DNA of 64,000 nucleotides from Blastocystis sp. Blastoise (GCA_039096225.1 JBBPEB010000003.1:434001-498000); one strand, 5' to 3'; numbered from the stretch's first letter, positions 1 to 20,972 are shown. Notes: generated by a model from the letters alone, not told the origin. Made by a program: numbers and translations.

Positions 1-6
1 ATAATG

Positions 7-39
<33 letters not shown>

Positions 40-52
40 TATATATGTATAC

Positions 53-743
53 ATCAGCTTGATTAATATTATCAGCGGTCAAAAATTCATCATCAGATTC
101 ATCTGAGTTATCAGGATCAGGATGTAATCGTTGTAAATTGGATAAATTCGAGAACATTTCATCCAATTGCTCTTCAATTTCAGGAACAAAATAAATTTCA
201 TCGTCGTGATTATAGTCATCTTCTGTAATATTAGATGCATTGCTATTCACGTTGGTCTCATCGAAATCGTCTTCATTGAAACACATTTCAGGAATATTAC
301 CTCCATTTTCATCATCGCAATCACATGCCAACTAAAATAAGCAAAGAATAGAATTTTAGGAAACTGAGATATATATAACTGTAATATATTAATTAAATAA
401 CATCAGAAAAATAAAAAAATTGAAATACTTGACAATAAAGACAAGGTTCAGGATTAACGTCATGTCCTTTACTAATTGCATGTAGCCCTATTTCGTTGTA
501 TTGAAGAACAATGGCCTTGTTTTCACTTTCATCATACCAAACAAGGTAACTAAAAAATAATTTAATGAAATAAGTAGATAAATATGCTAAAAGTAGATGC
601 TAACCATACTCATTTGTCATGACAAGGGTTCCTTTAGAATTAGACAGTAAATTCTTTCCTTGATAGCATTTGATGCCATTGTTTTCATATACAATAGGTC
701 CTTGAATATATTGTTTAGCTTCTGTTACAGGGAATATATCCAT
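53..743 (-). CDS. CLNS1A: pICln / methylosome subunit (spliced; continues beyond window start)
   Basis: Spliced exons read MDIFPV...GTLVMTND|YLVWYDE...IGLHAISKGHDVNPEPCLYCQ|...EIYFVPEIEEQLDEMFSNLSNLQRLHPDPDNSDESDDEF. These match the pICln hallmarks (LHAIS, PCLYCQ, LHPDP plus acidic tract). GT-AG introns. Confidence 0.85.
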
Positions 744-903
744 TTTCACTTTAGAATTAACCAATTTGAGGTAATAATATAAAAAACAACGAAGTTTGTT
801 TTTAGAAATTTGTTTTTTATTTCTAGTTGTTTTACTTTTGGTATTTTTCATTATAATCAAGTATTGTGTTCATATACATAAATTACAATTGAAAAAATTA
901 TAA

Positions 904-1892
904 ATGGAAGAATTAAAGAAAGGTGCTACCATTGTATCAAAATTTAAAAGTTCCATACAAGAATCTGAGTTTCTCGAGCCTTTAATAGAAAAAATAAGCA
1001 AAGAATATGTGCTTAGGAATGATTATGATCAACTTCTTGAAGAAACATTTTCTCAAAATCATGTGTAAGTTTTATCAGCCTATTGAATAAGTCATTTTTT
1101 TTAAATATAGAGTTTTTGAAAGAAAATATGAAATAGAAAACGAGTCTATGGAATCAGTACAGTATATAGATGGTACTCTATCTCAAACGAAAAATGATGC
1201 TGATTCTGTAGAACTTGATTCTAATGTTGTTCAACACGATAAGAAGACCATAGTTGTTCCTTTAAATCTACTAAGTGATTCTGATTCAGACTCCACTTCA
1301 TCGGATGATGAAAGAACTGTGCCTTCCGTCGTTGATACAACACGTTCTTCCCTTATGTCTCCTGCTTTTCAGGAGTATGCATTTTTATGTTACTAATAAA
1401 ATTATAATCATTATTTACATAACTATATATATATTATAGTAAACCTCTGAGTATTCCTTCTCAATCTCCTTTTTCTCTTTCTGTATATATATATATATAT
1501 AATATTATAATATAGTATATATATATGTAGAGTATTAATTCTATGGATGCACCATTAGTGACACAGTCATATCACGTGATATTATCCCTATTAAATAACG
1601 ATAATAATAATCTTCAAGATTCTTCTATACCTAAAGAACAACTTATTCAGGTATATATATATATTATTATTATTATTATTCATCAGATACTAAAGTGGTA
1701 TTTTTATGTTATATGCTTAATTGTTATATATATTCATATATATATATTCATATATATATATATATAGGCAATGCATTATTTGTATGAAAAAGCCGTTACA
1801 TTTGTAGAACCACCTCCCTATCAAATTACATCAACTGATAGTGTAGTACCTATGGAGGCATATGATAAAGAAGTTGAATTACAACAACATAT

Positions 1893-1929
<37 letters not shown>

Positions 1930-2214
1930 TAAATATTATAGTTAAATTAATGATTATATATAATAACTTAATATAATAATTAAATATAAAAGTTCACCAT
2001 AGTAATACTATATAAAAGTTTAATATAAATATATATATAGCGTGAAGAGATAGCGTCATTAAAGAAGGAAGTGAGTCATCTGCGTCATCAATTAGAAGGT
2101 GTGTCATCTCTATTAACTAGTACTGAGGAGCTCGTCAGAATTGGAGAAAAAGAACAAAATAGCCTTCGTAACGATATACAGATGGCATATAATAGAATTA
2201 ATGAACTGTATATA

Positions 2215-2263
<49 letters not shown>

Positions 2264-2402
2264 AGAACAATGCGACTTATTATCTTCAGATAATATTCAG
2301 ATTAAGAAGGAATCTCAAGAATTAGAAGACGCGTTACAATTCTTATTAGATTCCTATAAACCCATAGATATAGAGGAATATATGAATAAACATGATTTAT
2401 AA
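904..2402 (+). CDS. Hypothetical coiled-coil protein (multi-exon)
   Basis: ATG at 904. GT-AG introns join the exons in frame to TAA at 2400-2402. C-terminal heptad-like region REEIASLKKEVSHLRHQLEGV...LTEQCDLLSSDNIQIKKESQELEDAL. Confidence 0.7.
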
Positions 2403-2601
2403 TATTACATAGTTATATCTTATCATATTCTTTATTTATCTTTTTTATTATCAACATAAATATTTTTAATTATATTTCTTCATTTTTTTTAACGTATTTA
2501 TTATTATTAATCTTCATCTCTTTCTCTCTTTTCCATTTTCATTTTTCACCTGTGTGACTTTCTCATTTTCAGTACACGACGTATATTCGTATTATTCACT
2601 T

Positions 2602-2609
2602 TGTTTGTT
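2602..2609 (+). promoter_or_regulatory. TGTTTGTT polyadenylation-associated motif (Blastocystis-type)
   Basis: Exact TGTTTGTT about 200 nt after the stop of the 904-2402 gene. The same motif or a variant follows NOC1 (30892-30899 and 30926-30933, minus) and tafazzin (TGTTAGTT, 14767-14774, minus). Confidence 0.5.
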
Positions 2610-2956
2610 TAACAAATTATGTTTATTTCCTTTTACAATTAAAGATCATAAATCACTTCGCCATATCTCAGATATCATGAACATATGAAACAAGGATTGG
2701 CACCTGCGTTCTATGATGCTTGTAAAATTGTTGACGCATAATGGACATATATTCTAAGAGATCCTATATCTATATATTTTATGATGTCACCCAATCAGAT
2801 ATTTCTGTATTATGTTACATAATATTGTTTAATCATTCAAAACAAGACAAAAATGTCTTTTGACCAAAAAATACCTGACACGGAATGTTTTTCTCTTTTT
2901 TGGAAAAAATTCCACTTTTTCTCATATTTTATTTTTGTTATATTTCATATTCATCC

Positions 2957-3535
2957 ATGCCTTTCTCTGACTTGTATGTATATAATCGCCACCTTATATA
3001 TGACTGATCTAAAGAACAAAACAAGTTCTCACACCCTCACCTTATGCTGATTATTTCAACTTCGTTAATCAATGTGAAAGAAATCCCTACACTTCTGAAC
3101 ATCCAGAAAGACCTGTACTTATGTCTGTTGCTGAATGTATTCTGAATTATCCACTTTTCCTTGAAAATTATCCTAAATATACGGAGTTACATCACGGAGA
3201 CAACGAATACTCTTCCTATCATGGTCGTACTTACTTGGTCGAATCTGTTGCCAAGTTTTTAACTAAATATGCCTGGAAATCTTATATTAATCCTGAGAAT
3301 ATAGTTTGTACTTGCGGTAGTGCTGCTGCTATGGAACTCTTGGCTTGTTGTGTTTGTAATAAAGGTGATGGTGTATTAGTTATTTCTCCTGCGTATGTTG
3401 CCTTCCAAAGAGATATTACTATGAGAACACAGACTGCCATGTATTTCGCAGATACTCAACCTGATAATTATAAAATAACAGAAACTGTATTAGAATCATG
3501 CTATCAAAGAGCCTGCCAAGAAGGTCATAAACCTA

Positions 3536-3569
<34 letters not shown>

Positions 3570-3742
3570 CTGTTTAATTCATGTTTTTCTTTATATATTC
3601 TTATTTAATAATAATAATTAGTAATATATGTATATATATATAGATGTTAGTTTATACTAATCCTGCTAATCCTATGGGTGTTACTTATACTAAAGATGAA
3701 ATGGACATTGTGTATAACTTTGCTATTAAATATGATCTACAT

Positions 3743-3809
<67 letters not shown>

Positions 3810-3860
3810 TTATTATTATAGTTCAGCGATGAAGTTTATGCCCTCTCAATTGATCACGAA

Positions 3861-3899
<39 letters not shown>

Positions 3900-4123
3900 A
3901 CTTATGAATATATAGACTTGTAACTATATTTCTTTTGCTAAATATTTAGAAGATAAACCTATTAAGGATAATGTTACAATGTTATGGGGATTAAGTAAAG
4001 ATTTTGGTCTCTCTGGATTCCGTTTTACGACTCTATTTACGCATAACGAAACACTCCTTAAAGCTATGAAAACAGTTAATTTATATTATGAAGTACCCTC
4101 GGTTGCTCAAACTGTTATTTCTA

Positions 4124-4154
<31 letters not shown>

Positions 4155-4379
4155 ATGGATTGCATAAACTACTCTATTATTTTTCTCTTTATAAACAATT
4201 GTATGTATATTATATATTATTGTATATAGATGCTTAACGATGAAGAATATATTAATGAACATTTTAAACGTCATGAAGCACGTGTCAATGAAGCGCGTCA
4301 TAATATGCAAAGTTTCTTTGATAGAAATAGTATTCCGTATGCGAAGTCAAGTGCTACTTTCTTCTTATGGATTGACCTT

Positions 4380-4417
<38 letters not shown>

Positions 4418-4718
4418 TTATTATTTATGTTATTACATTTAATACTATATTATATTCTATTATTTAAAGATAAAGCTGTATTCATATATATTATATATAT
4501 ATATATATAGTAAGTATATGAAAGAGAATACCTTTGAAGCGGAAATGGATCTCTGGAGATATTTAGCAGCCGATTGCGGAGTTGTCCTCTCTCCTGGTCG
4601 TTGCTTTTTCTCTGAAGCCCCTGGTTGGTATAGAATTGTTTTCACTATTAATACTCCTGAAGTGACAATGATTGGCTTAAACCGTATGATGGAAGGTCTT
4701 AATAAACTCGAGTTATAA
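2957..4718 (+). CDS. PLP-dependent class I/II aminotransferase, ACC-synthase-like
   Basis: MPFSDL|TKQVLTPSPYADYF...NPYTSEHP..VLMSVAE; TNPANPMG; FSDEVY; WGLSKDFGLSGFRF (PLP lysine); FFLWIDLR; LSPGRCFFSEAPGWYRIVF. Confidence 0.85.
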
Positions 4719-5372
4719 TTATATATATATATATTCTTTATTATAGTATAATACAATTATATATATTAACGTCTAAAATTCAAAAAAATAGCGTTTTTAA
4801 ACTATGAATTTTTAATTGTTGTATTGTTTTAAAATTATGCTCAATATATATAATATTAATTATAACATATTATATAATTAAATTAAAATGTAGAAATAAT
4901 TGGACAAATGAACTCATAAAAAAATATTTTAATAATTTTAAAATGTTTAATATATAAATGGTGTTTTATTAAGACAATATAATAGTGTATACATTAATGA
5001 ATATATACCTGCTATTTAATAATAATATATAAGAAAAGATACGGGATACTAAAAAATAGGATATTTATAATTAATAATATTTGTTTATTTCATATAATAG
5101 TATCAGATGATACTCAAAAAAATCATATATATATATACATAACAAAAAAATAATAATAAAAATAAATATATAACTATTGAATTATAAGGATAGAAAATAT
5201 TTTGATTTAATAAATTATTTAATAATTAAAAATAAATAATTATTCTTATTAAAAAATAAATTTAATATATAATAAAAAAATCAAAAAATAATATTTAAAA
5301 AATAAATATATAAATATATAAATATAATGAGAAATGAAATCATAATAAATTAATAAAAGAATAGTATATAAT

Positions 5373-11444
<6,072 letters not shown>

Positions 11445-11678
11445 CTCTATTTATTCTTTTCCTATTTCTATTATTCTTATTCTATTCTTATTCTATTCTT
11501 TAGCCTTATCTTTTATCTTTCTATCTATTAGCTTCTATCTATCCAACACAATTTTTATTTATTTATTTTTTAGAATTATACCCGCTATTAACAACTTTTC
11601 TCTCGGTATTATTCAAAAAATTATCATGGGAACAAAATTTTTTTATTATTTTTATTATATTTCTATATATTTAAATCA

Positions 11679-13730
<2,052 letters not shown>

Positions 13731-14296
13731 TTCATCTATTACTTGATTATCTATTACATCATTTGTAAATTATTATTATACATATAATTTTTTATCTTAT
13801 ATAATAATAAAAATATATTGTCTTTTATTTATTTATATTATTCATCCTGTATCTTTAGTTTTTCATTATTTATATTTCATTTTCTTTCATTTTTGTTTTC
13901 AAATATATTTATAGTATTAATATAGTATAGTTTTATTTTTATATAGCTTATAAAACATTTTTTTATATATTGTCTATGGTCATTATAGTATATATATAAT
14001 ATTATTATTTAATCAATTTATATCTAAATCAAACATAAGTGTCATTTAAAAGCAATTTATTGCTTAAAGAAATAATCTAAATGAATTTTTTTTTTTCCTA
14101 AAAGAAAATATCATGTATGTATAATAATATTGCTATGAAGACATCATATTCTATAATAAATATTTTTATTCGATTTATAAAATAATTTTTTTAACAAAAT
14201 CGAAAAATAAAATATAAAAATATTAATTTTAGAAAAAATTATATATTTTTATTTTCTTTTCTTTCTTTAAAAACGTTTCATTCTGTTTTTAAACGC

Positions 14297-14554
14297 ATGA
14301 TTTCTATGTCATCAAGAAATTTATCAACTACACATGCTATTAATATGATAAAAAAATCAAGAGCTATTGTTTTCGATATCGATCATACTGTAGCTTCTTT
14401 CGATGGAGTTCAAACTCTTGCTAAAATGACCAACAAACTCAATGAAGTTTATACTCTCATGATGGAGTATTTTTAATGAATATCATTCTATTTCTCATTT
14501 TATTTTTCTAGTATTGTTGTTAAACGAAATGTTCTAGAAGATTATTTTACATAA
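14297..14554 (+). pseudogene. Truncated HAD phosphoserine-phosphatase-like fragment
   Basis: MISMSSRNLSTTHAINMIKKSRAIVFDIDHTVASFDGVQTLAKMTNKLNEVYTLMM carries HAD motif I (DxDxT) in a PSPH-like context. After one intron the frame ends at TAA 14552-14554; motifs II-IV are absent. Confidence 0.55.
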
Positions 14555-14797
14555 ATATAAACTGTAAGTATCTAACATATCATATATGTGTTTATAATAG
14601 TCTATTTACTTCCTTAAAAAATGTAAAATAAAGACTATCATATTGTGTTTCATAGATTTTTGGATTATATATATATAAACGATTGTATTTATGATTTGAG
14701 AAATTTAATTGAATATTGAATGACTGCGCATATATATATATAACTGATTCTAAAGAGACAAAAAGTAACTAACAATAAAAAAAAATGAGAAATGATT

Positions 14798-16885
<2,088 letters not shown>

Positions 16886-17154
16886 AAATCAAGATAATAG
16901 TCTATTCAGATATTGAAGTAATATGACAATTTATGGCGTTCATATTCTATACCATTTTCATCACAGTATTTTTGTATTACGTCTTTTAGAACATGATTCT
17001 ATTTTGCATTCTTTTTTTATTCCTTGTTGGGTATTCATATTCCATGATGACTACAATCAGTGCCAAAACCTGACAACCCTTATCGTTTTCAATAGTTACG
17101 GGGAATTTTTTGACGCGGTTTTTTTTGTTTGAATTGTAATAACATGTAGAATAT

Positions 17155-17180
17155 ATTCTAGAAATTTCTAGAATATATAA
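17155..17180 (+). promoter_or_regulatory. Perfect 4-unit heat-shock element plus TATA-like box in the transposon 5' region
   Basis: aTTCt aGAAa tTTCt aGAAt running into TATATAA; part of a perfect 28-bp palindrome at 17151-17178. Confidence 0.55.
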
Positions 17181-17282
17181 TTAGTGGTTTTGGAAAAACA
17201 GAAATTTTAATTGGAACACAATTACTCTGAGACCTTTTTTAACCCTTTAAAAATAGTTTTATTCTTTAAAAATAAGTTGTGT

Positions 17283-18296
17283 ATGGGTAAATACGTCGTT
17301 ATAACTGAAAGAGAGTTTAGAAAGATGATAAGAGACGGGTACACGGATGAACAGATTGCCATTCATTTTCATTGTTCGCTTAGAACTGTTGCCCGTAGAA
17401 GGTCCCAATACAATATGTCCAAGTCAACTAAGAAAGGTGGAAGACCACAAGTTTTAACTCCTTCTAATTTACGAGAAATCAATAATATTGTCCCAAAAAG
17501 CTCTGAGAACTCTAGCGTTTTATTGGATATCTTCCAAAAGAAAACCGGTACTCATGTCTCAAAAAGGTCCTTTATTAGAGGACTCCATGCTGTTGGTTAC
17601 GTCGCCAAAAAGAAGCTTCATAAACCACTCATATCGGAGAAAAATAGAAAAGTCCGATTGGATTGGTGTTTAAAATACCGAAATATGCCAATAAGTTTCT
17701 GGGAAAACGTCCTCTGGTCTGACGAGTGTTCTATTAGAACACATCAATCAACCTTTCAAGAATACTATTGGAAGAAACCTGGTTCTCCAAATAAGCCGTC
17801 AGAAATCATTCCAACCATGAAAAACGATGGAAAATCGATTATGATTTGGGGATGTATGACGCAACATGGTGCTGGTCAAATGGAGGTCCTTGATGGTCAT
17901 GTGACATCATTAAAGTATGGAGAAACTCTTGGTCGAACTCTTCCGTCAACCGTGGAAAAATTGCAAATTGACCCCAAAACTATGGTATTCCAACAGGATA
18001 ATGCTCCTATTCACAAGTCAAAAAAGATGAATAGTTTCTTTAAAACTGCTCAACTTACAGTGATTGATTGGCCTCCACAGTCCCCAGACCTTAATCCCAT
18101 TGAACATCTTTGGGTCTATATTAAAAGAAGATTACAAAGAAATTCCCATTGCGGATATACTTTGAGTCAACTAAAGGTCGAAGTTGACAAGATATGGAGG
18201 TCAATACCTGTAAATGTATGTGAAAGGCTTGTTTTATCAATGCCGAAAAGAATTGAGGCAGTAATAGCCAATAATGGTGGATTTACAAGATATTAA
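17283..18296 (+). CDS. Tc1 transposase, DD34E
   Basis: HTH N-terminus with GRP motif; WSDE, QQDNAPIH, PDLNPIEHLW with 34 residues between the second D and E; no stops or frameshifts. Confidence 0.95.
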   Translation: MGKYVVITEREFRKMIRDGYTDEQIAIHFHCSLRTVARRRSQYNMSKSTKKGGRPQVLTPSNLREINNIVPKSSENSSVLLDIFQKKTGTHVSKRSFIRGLHAVGYVAKKKLHKPLISEKNRKVRLDWCLKYRNMPISFWENVLWSDECSIRTHQSTFQEYYWKKPGSPNKPSEIIPTMKNDGKSIMIWGCMTQHGAGQMEVLDGHVTSLKYGETLGRTLPSTVEKLQIDPKTMVFQQDNAPIHKSKKMNSFFKTAQLTVIDWPPQSPDLNPIEHLWVYIKRRLQRNSHCGYTLSQLKVEVDKIWRSIPVNVCERLVLSMPKRIEAVIANNGGFTRY

Positions 18297-18662
18297 TATT
18301 TGTGTTTCAATTCAAAAAAATGGTTTTTTAAATTTTTTTCCATGACGCTTATTTGTTTTGTTTCCCTGTTTTAATAGTCAATACAACCTTTGATGACAAA
18401 TGACTTAATAAAAAAAAAACAAAGAAAAACTCGCCAGTTTAAAAAAAAAACCGAGGTTGTCAGGTTTTGGCACTGATTGTATTTTCTTCCGTTTTCTAGA
18501 AAAAGAATTATTTAATGTATAGTGATTTCTTGATATTAATTTAATTCATGGATGAAAGTTTTAAAAGTCATAGTTATCATAAAAACTAATGTTCATTAGT
18601 TATGCTTATACATAAAAAGAAACCAAAAGAGAAAATTCTTTGTTTTACTTTTTACATTTAAC

Positions 18663-20335
18663 ATGAAGTTTATATTTGTTTTAGTATTCATTTTTACATT
18701 TGCATTTGCAAATGTTGACTCTATTGAGGGAGGCAAGAAGGTTTTAGTTATCACCAGTGATAATTCTGCTGAAGCTACTTATTCTATCTATTTTGATGGC
18801 TTAAGAAAGAAAGGATTTGATCTTAAAATTGCTTTAGAGAATAAAAAAGTTACTTTTTCTAAATATGGAAAATTCCTTTATGATCAAGTTATTATATTTG
18901 CTCCTGAATCTGAACAATTATGTAATATAAGTGCTGAAGACTTCAGAAAGTTCTTTGAACATGGAGGTGATGTTGTATTAGCTCTTAGTAATAATCCCTC
19001 GAAGCTTGTTCGTACTGTTGCTGGTGATTTTGGTGTTGATATTGAAGAGAATGGTTCTAAAGTTATAGATCATTTTAATTATGCCACTACGTCTGATAAT
19101 CTTGATCATCAATTAGTTTACACTACACAAATTGCTAATATTAAGCCTCTTGTAGGTAAAATACAAGATTCTAGTCGTGTTTATTATAAAGGTACTGGAT
19201 TAGTTGTTATTGATAATATTTTTATGATTAATACTCTTGTTGGTGAACAATCTACATATTCTGTTAATAACAATAGTGAAATTACCGTATGTTTTTATTT
19301 CAAATTAATTTTATTTTTAAAAATAATTTTGTTTATTTAATAATTATATAAATATATAGTCTACGGGTAAGGATACAGTGATGGTTGTTTCTGTTCAAGG
19401 ACGTAATAATGCTCGTGTTTCTCTTTTTGGTAGTATAGAAATGTTTAGTAATCAATATTCTTTCTTTGTCGATAGTATAAATGCTGCTTTTGTGAAACAT
19501 GTTACTTTCTGGACCTTCCGTCAACGTGGTATTCTTCGTTATCATGATGTCAGTCATAAACATGTAGATAATACGCCTTTAGAAATCATGCTTAAAAATC
19601 ATCAACGACCTAATCTACCTATCTCTCAGTATAATTCTATTTATAGTCTAGTTTTTTATTATTATTTATATGATTATTATTTTTTCTATTTTATTTTTAT
19701 AAATTTTATTTTAATTTTATTTTGTCTATTTTATTTTAATTTTATTTTGTCTATTTTATTTTTCTTGCGATGATGAAATAAGCACATATGTATGATCTCC
19801 GTGATTCTACTGCTTATGCCAAAGAACCCAAAATTTTGGTCTCTTAGGGCAAGAATTTTAATCTATTTTTTTTCTATTTTTTTTACGATTTGATTTTGTG
19901 ATCATTATATATAATAAAATAATATAGTATATATAAAGAAAATTGAAATTGATGAAAGTTTAAAAGGGATATATTTATTATTATATAATAAATATAAATG
20001 ATAACCTATTCATACTGCCTGATTCATTTTCTTATATATATATATATATTTGTGTATATAATATAAAGACAATAGAAATATGACGATAATTATTTGATGA
20101 CGCTAAATAATGATAGTATAATTCATACTGTCTGATTTCTTTTTGTCTTATATTATGTATAGTATTATTATATAAATGAATAGATGCGATGATGAAATAA
20201 GCACATATGTATGATCTTTATGATTCTACTGCTTATGCCAAAGAACCCAAAATTTTGGTCTCTTAGGGCTTCTATTCATAATTTTTATTGATTTTATTAT
20301 TATTATGATTTTGAATTTTTAAAATTTTATTTTAT

Positions 20336-20416
<81 letters not shown>

Positions 20417-20972
20417 TCTCATTATCCTGAGCCTGAAGTAGCTCCAAATAATGTAGTTTATCGTGTTAAGGATGATGTTGAATATGATATAGAGATTGAT
20501 GAATATTCTCACGGTAATTGGAAAGGATATAATGCTACAGATATTCAATTAGAATTTAGAATGCTTGATCCTTATGTACGTATTAACTTAGAAGGTGAAA
20601 ATGGTCATTATCATGCTCAGTTTAAAATACCTGATGTTTATGGTATTTATAAATTCCGTGTTATGTATAGACGTTTGGGATATAGTGTAATTGAAAGTAA
20701 TACACAAGTTAGTGTACGTCCTTTCCGTCATAATGAATTCCCTAGATTTATTAGAGCTGCCTTCCCTTATTATACTAGGTATATTTATATTTTATTATAT
20801 ATTTATTTGTTTTATATTATATATTTATTTATTTTATATTTGATTTTTATATCTATTTGTTTTGTATTTATTTTATATATTTATTTGTTTTATATTTATT
20901 TTATATATTTATAGTGTATTTACTGTCATGGCTGGCTTTATTGTACTCGTTGCGTTATTCATTTTCTTATAA
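18663..20972 (+). CDS. DDOST: Oligosaccharyltransferase 48 kDa subunit (OST48/WBP1)
   Basis: Signal peptide; QGRNNARVSLFGSIEMFSN; WTFRQRGILR; YRVKDDVEY; DIQLEFRMLDPYVR; PDVYGIYKFRVMYRRLG; VRPFRHNEFPRFIRAAFPYY; C-terminal TM. Confidence 0.95.
19766..19850 (+). ncRNA. Unidentified 85-nt structured intronic RNA, copy 1
   Basis: 82/85 identical to 20185-20269 with unrelated flanks. AUGAUGA C box, AUGA/RUGAUU K-loop, AUAAGCA/UGCUUAU stem, AAUUUUGG Sm-like site and a small 3' hairpin. Confidence 0.65.
19944..20026 (+). ncRNA. Box C/D snoRNA, SNORD41/snR51-type (LSU Um at CAGU, yeast Um2729 equivalent), copy 1
   Basis: UUGAUGA C box at 19949, CUGA D box at 20019, UGAA/UUCA terminal stem. Guide UAUUCAUACUG is antisense to conserved LSU CAGUAYGAAUA, and the D+5 rule points at the U. 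Confidence 0.75.
20074..20140 (+). ncRNA. Box C/D snoRNA, SNORD41/snR51-type, copy 2
   Basis: AGAAA/UUUCU terminal stem, AUGACGA C box, the same AUUCAUACUG guide plus 1 nt plus CUGA. Confidence 0.72.
20185..20269 (+). ncRNA. Unidentified 85-nt structured intronic RNA, copy 2
   Basis: Differs from copy 1 only at 3 adjacent positions (CCG to TTA) in the apical loop; the purine of the C'-like box is retained. Confidence 0.65.

Larger units (their letters stand above)
17054..18479 (+). mobile_element. Intact Tc1-family DNA transposon (1426 bp) with 25-bp perfect TIRs and TA target-site duplication
   Basis: TA|CAATCAGTGCCAAAACCTGACAACC ... GGTTGTCAGGTTTTGGCACTGATTG|TA flanks an intronless transposase. 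Confidence 0.95.

Noticed and set aside
2640-2800. Slightly GC-enriched intergenic block as a possible ncRNA
   Set aside because: No convincing stems or boxes; it contains a CCAAT-like element and is better explained as the aminotransferase promoter.
17211-17282. TTG-initiated N-terminal extension of the transposase in the ORF track
   Set aside because: In a eukaryotic context the first ATG at 17283 gives a typical 337-aa Tc1 transposase.
19766-19850. Assignment of the 85-nt repeat as U5, U4atac, U11/U12, U14 or a CRISPR/MITE repeat
   Set aside because: It lacks the U5 GCCUUUUAC loop, a clear U4atac stem II and K-turn order, and the U14 A/B domains; it has no TIRs, target-site duplication or spacers.
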